In this document: piece after piece, positions 55,183 to 64,000 of the stretch
How positions within the stretch are numbered: position 1 is the stretch's first letter
Layout: each line of letters begins with the position of its first letter
DNA from: Pecten maximus
Lineage: Eukaryota
Direction of reading: 5' to 3'
DNA length: 64,000 bases
NCBI RefSeq assembly: GCF_902652985.1
Contig: NC_047024.1
Location: forward strand, 4,030,001-4,094,000
The notes under the pieces: generated by a model
What the model was told of the DNA's origin: nothing
Database searches by the model: none
What the model saw: the letters and a program-made list of their open reading frames with translations, nothing else
Program-made: the position numbers and the translations under genes

Positions 55183-55538
55183 GTCAGATGTGGTCCATCC
55201 CTCCTCCGCTGGAGCGTGACGTATGCCATCAGGTAGCTGTTGGACTCTCCGATTGGCCTGATGCGTCAAATCCAGTAGAACACCAGTTAGTCCGTGTGCC
55301 TGGTCTCAATCGAGCTTGTGGGTTTTGTCGAATCAGCCGTAATAAGACAAAGCAAGGGTATGCAAGAAAGTCGTACTACCAGTGTCAAGTGTGTGCTGTA
55401 CCGCTATGCCGCGGCAACTGTTTCGATTACTACCATGAACTGGTGAATGAACACCGACAATTTGCTTGTTCGGTGAGAGCTATGTATAAAATGTTACTAA
55501 AGAAATTCTCCTACCACCAGAGAGAACTAGGGACTTGA
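55183..55538 (+). CDS. Putative alternative terminal exon 15: piggyBac-transposase-type C-terminal cysteine-rich zinc-binding domain
   Basis: Acceptor cgttttctatgttacAG at 55181-55182, phase 1. RACGFC...RKSYYQCQVCAVPLCRGNCFDYYH fits the PGBD C-terminal pattern (CxxC...CxxCxVPLC...CFxxYH). No DDD core or TIRs seen nearby. Confidence 0.78.
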
Positions 55539-55753
55539 AATATATTTGAGTGTCATGTCGACTGTCTCTTGTTTTTAGGTGTGAATTTATTACTAGTGAG
55601 TAGACTGTGACAAATTCAGGTAGAATTCCATTAAGTTGTGTATTTATTTTCATAATCATTACTTGAAATATTATTTATTTTATCATATTATCGTCATGTT
55701 TAACATTCAGAGTTTACAATATTGTAAGTAAGCTGTAGTTGTAAGCATATATC

Positions 55754-57838
55754 GAGTACAGACTGTAGGTAATTAGTTTACCAGGTATGAGTACAGACTG
55801 TAGGTAATTAGTTTACCAGGTATGAGTACAGACTGTAGGTAATTAGTTTACCAGGTATGAGTACAGACTGTAGGTAATTAGCTTACCAGGTATGAGTACA
55901 GACTGTAGGTAATTAGCTTACCAGGTATGAGTACAGACTGTAGGTAATTGGTTTACCAGGTATGAGTACAGACTGTAGGTAATTAGTTTACCAGGTATGA
56001 GTACAGACTGTAGGTAATTGGTTTACCAGGTATGAGTACAGACTGTAGGTAATTAGTTTACCAGGTATGAGTACAGACTGTAGGTAATTAGTTTACCAGG
56101 TATGAGTACAGACTGTAGGTAATTAGTTTACCAGGTATGAGTACAGACTGTAGGTAATTAGTTTACCAGGTATGACTACAGACTATAGGTAATTAGTTTA
56201 CCAGGTATGACTACAGACTATAGGTAATTAGTTTACCAGGTATGAGTACAGGCTGTAGGTAATTAGTTTACCAGGTATGAGTACAGACTATAGGTAATTA
56301 GTTTACCAGGTATGAGTACAGACTGTAGGTAATTAGTTTACCAGGTATGAGTACAGACTGTAGGTAATTAGTTTACCAGGTATGAGTACAGGCTGTAGGT
56401 AATTGGTTTACCAGGTATGAGTACAGACTGTAGGTAATTAGTTTACCAGGTATGAGTACAGACTGTAGGTAATTAGTTTACCAGGTATGAGTACAGACTG
56501 TAGGTAATTAGTTTACCAGGTATGAGTACAGACTTTAGGTAATTAGTTTACCAGGTATGAGTACAGACTTTAGGTTACCAGGTATGAGTACAGACTGTAG
56601 GTTACCAGGTATGAGTACAGACTGTAGGTAATTAGGTTACCAGGTATGAGTACAGACTGTAGGTAATTAGTTTACCAGGTATGAGTACAGACTGTAGGTT
56701 ACCAGGTATGAGTACAGACTGTAGGTTACCAGGTATGAGTACAGACTGTAGGTTACCAGGTATGAGTACAGACTGTAGGTTACCAGGTATGAGTACAGAC
56801 TGTAGGTAATTAGTTTACCAGGTATGAGTACAGCCTTTAGGTAATTAGTTTACCAGGTATGAGTACAGACTGTAGGTTACCAGGTATGAGTACAGACTGT
56901 AGGTTACCAGGTATGAGTACAGACTGTAGGTAATTAGTTTACCAGGTATGAGTACAGACTGTAGGTAATTAGTTTACCAGGTATGAGTACAGACTGTAGG
57001 TAATTAGTTTACCAGGTATGAGTACAGACTGTAGGTAATTAGTTTACCAGGTATGAGTACAGACTGTAGGTAATTAGTTTACCAGGTATGAGTACAGACT
57101 GTAGGTAATTAGTTTACCAGGTATGTGTACAGACTGTAGGTTACCAGGTATGAGTACAGACTGTAGGTTACCAGGTATGAGTACAGACTTTAGGTAATTA
57201 GTTTACCAGGTATGAGTACAGACTGTAGGTAATTAGTTTACCAGGTATGAGTACAGACTTTAGGTAATTAGTTTACCAGGTATGAGTACAGACTGTAGGT
57301 AATTAGTTTACCAGGTATGAGTACAGACTTTAGGTAATTAGTTTACCAGGTATGAGTACAGACTGTAGGTAATTAGTTTACCAGGTATGTGTACAGACTG
57401 TAGGTAATTAGTTTACCAGGTATGAGTACAGACTGTAGGTTACCAGGTATGAGTACAGACTGTAGGTAATTAGTTTAACAGGTATGAGTACAGACTGTAG
57501 GTAATTAGTTTACCAGGTATGAGTACAGACTGTAGGTAATTAGTTTACCAGGTATGAGTACAGACTTTAGGTAATTAGTTTACCAGGTATGAGTACAGAC
57601 TATAGGTAATTAGTTTACCAAATATGAGTACAGACTGTAGGTAATTAGTTTACCAGGTATGAGTACAGACTGTAGGTAATTAGTTTACCAGGTATGAGTA
57701 CAGACTGTAGGTAATTAGTTTACCAGGTATGAGTACAGGCTGTAGGTTACCAGGTATGAGTACAGACTTTAGGTAATTAGTTTACCAAATATGAGTACAG
57801 ACTGTAGGTAATTAGTTTACCAAGGTATGACTACAGAC
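55754..57838. repeat. 35-bp minisatellite (with 26-bp variants), about 60 copies
   Basis: gagtacagactgtaggtaattagtttaccaggtat repeated. Confidence 0.96.
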
Positions 57839-58820
57839 AATATTTTAATTCTCTTCATATCCCAATCTCATTAAGCTCCTCTTCTACATCTGTTTTAATT
57901 TCAATTTTGAATTTAACTTAATTAGATTTCAAAAACTCACTTTACACCATATTTTCCCACATAATGATAGTGATTGTTTCACTTAGACAGTATGTTATGT
58001 TGTTTTATTAGTAAAATATATATAATTTGTTTAGATGTCTAATGCTATTATAACTTTTACAAAATATATATAAATAAAGTATTGAAAGCACGTTGATCTG
58101 TATAGCATGTATAATTAATGAATTATTGATGATGTTAATGTTGGCAACCATTCAAGCCTACAATGTAAAGCATCAGAAGATATGTTGAATACACTGGTAA
58201 TGGTATTTTTGGTTGTTTGGATGCCCTAATTACATGAAATAAAATAGATGGGGATGCCTAGTCTATACTTGTATGACAGCTTCAATAAATGATTGTCTGT
58301 GAGCATGCCAAGTCTGTACTTGTATGTCAGCTACAGTAAACATTTTTCTGTGAGCATTACAGCCAGTTAAGAAGCCACTACTGTAAATAATACAACTATG
58401 CCACTTACCTGTGTTCCTGGCAGCTCACCAATTTTTTTTATTAGGATTCAATCTTGTCCATAACATAAGTAAGTCTTAGACACAAAACTAGGTTGTTCAC
58501 AATGCTGGAGTTTGTATATACTTGGATGTGCTGTCCCATAAACAATGTACAGCCAGTTTACCTCGCACAACATCCTTTATTTCCAACTAGTTTGTTTTAC
58601 ATATAGTTGTAGTGTTTTGGTGTTGAAAGGTGTTGAAAAATGGTAAAAGTCTGTAATAAACAGAAACAGAGAAACGTAAGAATACGCGTAAAAAATTGAA
58701 TTTACATGTATAGCAATTTTAGCATTGTCAGTTATATGGTAACTATGAGCTTCCATACATTGAAAATTTTGACAAACTGACGATTCCTTCGATCACGAAA
58801 ATTCCATAAATCTTAATAAA

Positions 58821-59208
58821 TGTCGTAGTTTCAATGTTCAACAATGATTGGCATCAATAAATCTTCAATTCAAATAGCAGCATTGTTATTAAAAGTTCAC
58901 AACTGAGAGTCATAGCTCCGTCTGCACATCGTATAGTGACACCACGTGGTACGAGCGCAGAAGTTTCACAACTGTTGAAATAATCGTACTTTGTAAGAAA
59001 TAACAGTCATAAATGAACAAAAACCACTTATATTACTTATATAAGTTCTGATAACTGAAAGTACTTACACCGTGGTGGCTGCAAGTTACATACAACATCT
59101 TTTTCTTTACACGAAGTATGCATCAACCGTAGTAAACAACATTGTCAATATTGAGAGTTCTTCAAAGGGAGATAATCGCGAGACTACTACGGAAGCCGCG
59201 GCGGCACA
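58821..59208 (-). mobile_element. Probable 3' LTR of the BEL/Pao element
   Basis: On the - strand, purine-rich tract AGGCGAGGAG (59218-59209) is followed by TGT at 59208. The distal ...CGACA end at 58821 is a guess because the 5' LTR is outside the window. Confidence 0.5.
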
Positions 59209-59272
59209 CTCCTCGCCTGATGTCACTAGACAACACTACCGAGTACCACATAATACATTTTCTATGTCACAT

Positions 59273-62200
59273 TCAGCCTTTGTTGTCTCCAAGAAGTAAG
59301 ATCAGTTCGTTGATCGGTCGTACATATAACACAGGCTTTCCTTGTCCGGAAGTAATCTTGACCTCTGCCGTTCGAACTAAACCGTCATTGCTTGGGAAGA
59401 CCCTTGCGACATAACCCAATGGCCAATTGTTCCTTGATACCTCCTTGTCCCTAAGTAGCACAATATCCCCTATCGCGATATTCTTGCGCTTGTCATTCCA
59501 TTTCCGTCGAGGTTGTAGAGTATGGAGGTATTGGGCTCTCCAGCGCTTCCAAAATGTGTCGGCTAGAACCTTCACTCTTTTCCACTGCGCCTTGTGCAAA
59601 CTAGAATTATCAAGAGGCACAAATGGTTCGATGATGGAGTCTGGTTTCTGTGTCAGAAGTGTAGCCGGACTGATTGGAAATGGATCCTCCGGATCTGAAG
59701 ACACGGGTACTAGTGGCCTGGCGTTAACGATCGCGCAAACCTCAGCTAGGAAGGTAACGAGTACTTCGTGAGTCAAATTAGTGTCCATCACTGTTGTCAG
59801 CATTGACTCAAGAACGCGACGTGAGACACCTATCATCCTTTCCCAAGCCCCGCCCATATGTGATGCGTGCGGTGGGTTGAAAAGCCAGGTAGTTCCGCGG
59901 TCGTATAGGAATGTCTTCACTGCTTCTTCCTCAACCTTAAAGGCGTTAATCTGCAGATCATCCACCGCGCCAATGAAATTAGTGCCACGATCTGATCGGA
60001 TCTGTTTTACATGGCCCCTCACAGCGGTAAACCTTCTGAAGGCATTAATAAAAGACGACGAACTCAATTCTTCTATTACCTCTATGTGGATAGCCCTGGT
60101 GGTGAGGCATGTGAACATAATTGCCCAGCGTTTTGCTTGGGCTGAACCACCACGAGTACGCCTGCTAACAATCTGCCATGGACCGAAAGTGTCCACACCG
60201 ACGTTGGTGAATGGTGGGCCAGGTTGAAGTCGGTCGGAAGGTATGTCTGCCATCAATTGGTGCTCCAATTTCCCTCGAAGTTTACGACATTTCACGCACG
60301 CATGCAAGACCGTTGATACCAAGCGCTTACAGCCCGTTATCCAATATCCGGCTGTCCTCACGGCTCCTTCTGTGAAATTTCGCCCTTGGTGTTTAACCTG
60401 TTCATGAAATAGTCTCACGAGAAGTAATGCGACATGATGCTTCCCAGGGATGATGATTGGATTCATTTCATTCTGTTGAACATGGCTTTGATTTAGGCGT
60501 CCGCCTACTCGTAGAATTCCATCCTGATCCAAAAATGCGTTCAGTGACAGAATCGAACTTCCGTTTGGAAGAAGTTGATCGCGTTCGAGACTGTTTAGTT
60601 CTTCCGGATATGCCTCTTTTTGCACCTCCTTCACCACGAATTGTTCGGCCTTGTGGTAAGCAGCAACACTTCTGTCCTTACTGCAAATATGCCAACCCCT
60701 ACACTCGGACTTGCTGACAATGGACTGTGCCACATGCGTCAGTGTCATAATAGCCCTGATAAGGGTCCTCCAAGTAGAAAATCTTGCGAAGCGATGAGAA
60801 CCAAGTGGTGACTGTTTGACGTCTGTCTTTAGACTTTGAACCTGGGGCCTTACCTCTTTGTCATCTTCTGGTTCATGCAGATCAAACACATGCTCTGATG
60901 TCATATCATTAATCGTAGTAAGACGAGTAGGTCCATTGAGCCACATGCTGTCTTGAATAGCCTGGGCGGGTACTGATCTTGTCCCTTCATCTGCTGGATT
61001 TCTATCTGTTTGCACATACGACCATTGATCTGCGTCCGTCACGTGTATAATGCGTTCTACCCTATTGGCTACATATGTATAAAACCTCCTTGTTTTGTTG
61101 TATATGTAACCAAGTACAACTTTGCTATCGGTGTGGAATCGAAATTTCTCAAGAGGGATATGTAAGTGGTCAGATACTGTCTCTGCTATGTCCACGGCCA
61201 ATACTGCAGCACACAATTCCAGTCTCGGTATTGTATGGCCATGGAGGGGGGCTACCTTAGCCTTGCCAAGAATGAATCCAATATCTTGTTTTCCGTTTCC
61301 ATCCTTTGTATGTAGATAACTTACTGCAGCGATAGCTTTCTCGGAGGCATCAGAGAAGACATGGACGGTACTGTCAATAGATAGTTTGAATGAAAACTGT
61401 GCGTAGGTCCGAGGTATACGAACATGTTGTAGGTGTTCAAGAGAGTCTCTCCAGAGTTCCCATTGTATGCGATGTTCTGCGGGGAGAGGTTCATCCCAAT
61501 CTTTGGTTCCATGAATAAGAGATCTCAAAAAGTGTTTCCCATCGATTACTACTGGAGCCAAAAATCCTAACGGGTCGAAGATCCCGTTGACAGTTGACAG
61601 TATGCCCCTGCGCGTGTATGGTTTAGCTTCTGTTGAGACTTGATAAAGAAACGAGTCGGTTTCCAAACTCCAACTGACTCCCAAGCTACACTGAACAGGC
61701 AGTGGTTCACATCCTAAATCGAGATCCTTAACACCTTTTGCAAGGTCGTCTGCAGGAAAAGAGTTCATAACTTCATCACTATTAGAGGCAATTTTGTGTA
61801 AGCGTAGTTTCCCTCCTTGGTGAAGTGCATGCTGTGTTCTTTTCATAAGGTCAACAGCTTCGTCGACAGTTGGTAATGAGGTAAGCCCGTCATCCACGTA
61901 GAAGTCATTAGTGACAAAGTCGGAAACGTCATCATCATTTCCTTCGGCTGACTTTCGAAGTCCTAAGGTGGCAATGGCAGGAGAAGGACTGTTTCCGAAG
62001 ACGTGGACGCACATGCGATATTCCACCAACTCATTTTCCGGATTGTTGTCCTTGTACCATAAGAACCTTAAGTAGTTCCTGTGGTCTTCCCTTACTTGAA
62101 AGCAATAAAACATTTGCTCAATGTCTCCTACTATAGCCACCGACTCCCTTCGGAACCGCATCAGCACTCCAAGCAAGCTATTTGCAAGGTCTGGACCAGA

Positions 62201-64000
62201 CATGAGGACATCGTTCAATGAAACTCCATTGTGCCTTGCCGAGGAGTCAAACACTGCTCTAAGTTGCTCCGGTTTCCGCGGGTGGTATACACCGAAAATT
62301 GGTAAATACCAACATTCTTCGCTGTCCTTAAGCGCCGGCGCTAACTCGGCGTGGCCACTACTGAATATCTTTTCCATGAAGTCTACGAAGTGCTGTCGCT
62401 TCACGGGGTTCTTTCGCAGACTGGTATCCAGGGTTCTTGCTCGTTTAACAGCTTGTGTTCGGTTGTTAGTCAATCTTGGTCGTGGATCGCGGAATGGCAG
62501 TGGAGCTATCCATTTACCATCATTACCTTTCACAAGCTCTTCTTTCATGATGCCGAGAAACCTTCGGTCTTCCTGTGACATGCTGACTTTCTCATCCTCC
62601 TTTGTACGATGGAACACATGTTTTCCTAATACATCAAGCTCCTTTAAGGACCTGTTCGCATCGTAGATGCACTCAAATTCGTTCGGACAGGGTTTGAAGA
62701 GTGATGGTCGGCCATCTGCTAGGAAATTGGTTTTACAAACATTTACTAGTTCTGGAATGCGAGTCCTTCCTAAGCAAGTCTCTCCGATTATGACCCAACC
62801 GAGAGGGAGTTTCTGGGCATATGGCGTGTTTGATGGTCCTATTCTCTGGTCCAAAACATGATGAGCTCTAATTACGTCCCTTCCAATAAGCATCAAAATG
62901 TGAGCAGTGTTGTCAATAGGAGGAATACACTTGGCAACGTCTCTGAGATGGGCGTAGTTTTCGGCTACCTCAGGAGTAGGTATTTCATCGCGAATTTCAG
63001 GGACGCGGTCACATTCTAACAGGATGGGAATGTCAAGACTTATAGACCTGTCTACAGGTTCAACGATAACCTTAGTCGAGTCTCTGCCTGTGGTCTTCGA
63101 AACCCCGGACACCGAAGATAACACGTAGTTGTGTTGTTTTCCTTTAATGCCAAGTTGGTCAAATAATTGTGATTTGGCCAGTGACATGTTGCTCTGGTCG
63201 TCAATCATGGCATAAAGTCTTATGCGGTCTGTGGGTCGGTCTTGATGGAACGCGTCAACAAGAACAATTTTGGCACATGATTTCCCTTTGAACTTATTGC
63301 CACAGATCTGCGTGCAGTTAACTTGGACAGGAGATTTAGATACCAGTGATGCAGGCTCCTCGCCGTACTCTAAGGAGCCTGAATTTGACTGATGCTCAAG
63401 ATGGAGTGCTGTGCAGTGCCTTGCACTATTACATTCGCTACAAGGTTGTTTCACATCACAGTTGCGACTGATGTGTGACGTCGATTCACAGCACCGGAAG
63501 CAGACCTTCTTATCCCGCAACAACTTCTTCCTCTCCTCCATCGACATGGTGAGGAAGGCCCTACATTTGTTGAGAGTGTGGGAACTAACGTTGTGTAGAA
63601 AACAAGTCTTTCTGTTTCTGTCACTGTTTTGTATGCTATCAGCGTTGGTTTTCCTGACTGAGATGTTCTTTCTCTCTTGAGGATTCCTTTGTACAGTCTT
63701 ATCATTCTTGCTTCCATTAGGTTGGTCATATGTGAAACTGGGATTGTTTTTCACTTTACTTAGATCTCTCAAAAATTCAGAGAAGAAACTGAATGGAGGA
63801 AATGCGACATGGTGTGTTTTTGTAAACTTTATTGCAGCATTGGTCCATCTCTCTTGTAGGTTATGTGGAAGTTTGGACACAATTGGCGAGACTCCTGTCG
63901 ATGAGTCGAAGTATCCTAAAAGAGACTTATATTGGCTATCCTCCTTGAGTGATTCAATTTCGGATGCTAAATCTGATAGATCAAACAGTTTCTTGGTGTC
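59273..64000 (-). CDS. BEL/Pao LTR retrotransposon Gag-Pol polyprotein (5' end beyond window)
   Basis: Uninterrupted ORF, also open from 63881 to 64000. Cys/His Gag knuckles, protease IDDQSN, RT (RAVFDSS, DIEQMF, FYVDD), Pao RNase H (FSDASEKA, IPRLELCAA, TDS, NPAD), integrase (H..H..CxxC, GVDTFGP, SDRGTNF, GGAWERMI) and C-terminal W.LG.V..V.P..DG.VR. Confidence 0.96.
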   Translation of the reverse strand, partial: DTKKLFDLSDLASEIESLKEDSQYKSLLGYFDSSTGVSPIVSKLPHNLQERWTNAAIKFTKTHHVAFPPFSFFSEFLRDLSKVKNNPSFTYDQPNGSKNDKTVQRNPQERKNISVRKTNADSIQNSDRNRKTCFLHNVSSHTLNKCRAFLTMSMEERKKLLRDKKVCFRCCESTSHISRNCDVKQPCSECNSARHCTALHLEHQSNSGSLEYGEEPASLVSKSPVQVNCTQICGNKFKGKSCAKIVLVDAFHQDRPTDRIRLYAMIDDQSNMSLAKSQLFDQLGIKGKQHNYVLSSVSGVSKTTGRDSTKVIVEPVDRSISLDIPILLECDRVPEIRDEIPTPEVAENYAHLRDVAKCIPPIDNTAHILMLIGRDVIRAHHVLDQRIGPSNTPYAQKLPLGWVIIGETCLGRTRIPELVNVCKTNFLADGRPSLFKPCPNEFECIYDANRSLKELDVLGKHVFHRTKEDEKVSMSQEDRRFLGIMKEELVKGNDGKWIAPLPFRDPRPRLTNNRTQAVKRARTLDTSLRKNPVKRQHFVDFMEKIFSSGHAELAPALKDSEECWYLPIFGVYHPRKPEQLRAVFDSSARHNGVSLNDVLMSGPDLANSLLGVLMRFRRESVAIVGDIEQMFYCFQVREDHRNYLRFLWYKDNNPENELVEYRMCVHVFGNSPSPAIATLGLRKSAEGNDDDVSDFVTNDFYVDDGLTSLPTVDEAVDLMKRTQHALHQGGKLRLHKIASNSDEVMNSFPADDLAKGVKDLDLGCEPLPVQCSLGVSWSLETDSFLYQVSTEAKPYTRRGILSTVNGIFDPLGFLAPVVIDGKHFLRSLIHGTKDWDEPLPAEHRIQWELWRDSLEHLQHVRIPRTYAQFSFKLSIDSTVHVFSDASEKAIAAVSYLHTKDGNGKQDIGFILGKAKVAPLHGHTIPRLELCAAVLAVDIAETVSDHLHIPLEKFRFHTDSKVVLGYIYNKTRRFYTYVANRVERIIHVTDADQWSYVQTDRNPADEGTRSVPAQAIQDSMWLNGPTRLTTINDMTSEHVFDLHEPEDDKEVRPQVQSLKTDVKQSPLGSHRFARFSTWRTLIRAIMTLTHVAQSIVSKSECRGWHICSKDRSVAAYHKAEQFVVKEVQKEAYPEELNSLERDQLLPNGSSILSLNAFLDQDGILRVGGRLNQSHVQQNEMNPIIIPGKHHVALLLVRLFHEQVKHQGRNFTEGAVRTAGYWITGCKRLVSTVLHACVKCRKLRGKLEHQLMADIPSDRLQPGPPFTNVGVDTFGPWQIVSRRTRGGSAQAKRWAIMFTCLTTRAIHIEVIEELSSSSFINAFRRFTAVRGHVKQIRSDRGTNFIGAVDDLQINAFKVEEEAVKTFLYDRGTTWLFNPPHASHMGGAWERMIGVSRRVLESMLTTVMDTNLTHEVLVTFLAEVCAIVNARPLVPVSSDPEDPFPISPATLLTQKPDSIIEPFVPLDNSSLHKAQWKRVKVLADTFWKRWRAQYLHTLQPRRKWNDKRKNIAIGDIVLLRDKEVSRNNWPLGYVARVFPSNDGLVRTAEVKITSGQGKPVLYVRPINELILLLGDNKG

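Noticed and set aside
758-55538. Assigning the symbol lola, mod(mdg4) or PGBD4
   Set aside because: The similarity is architectural or domain-level only; orthology cannot be shown without the constant exons and a database search.
4463-58080. Individual AATAAA/ATTAAA hexamers (e.g. 4463, 9267, 29913, 40827, 48664) as defined poly(A) sites
   Set aside because: Compatible with the model but too frequent in AT-rich DNA to call without 3'-end data.
59427-63680. + strand ORFs within the retrotransposon, and antisense or alternate-frame ORFs over the zinc-finger exons
   Set aside because: Shadows of the real coding frame with no independent motifs.

Overview
Eukaryotic, AT-rich animal DNA. The SINEs, MITEs, roughly 40% minisatellite content and pervasive TGACCTTG motif suggest a bivalve mollusc (inference). 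The main structure is a + strand array of 15 ORF blocks from ~0.76 to 55.5 kb. Fourteen encode 4-5 C2H2/C2HC zinc fingers and one encodes a piggyBac-transposase-type cysteine-rich domain. Each block is preceded by a polypyrimidine tract and YAG acceptor, all 15 acceptors are in phase 1, each block ends in its own stop codon, and no matching 5' exon is evident between them. The simplest reading is one large gene with mutually exclusive alternative 3'-terminal DNA-binding-domain exons spliced to constant exon(s) upstream of the window, as in Drosophila lola/mod(mdg4). This is inferred, since no constant exon or transcript is visible here. The spacers hold many unrelated minisatellites, a long-TIR DNA transposon derivative, a Tc1/mariner-type MITE and SINE fragments. 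The window ends in an uninterrupted BEL/Pao retrotransposon ORF on the - strand that runs off the edge.
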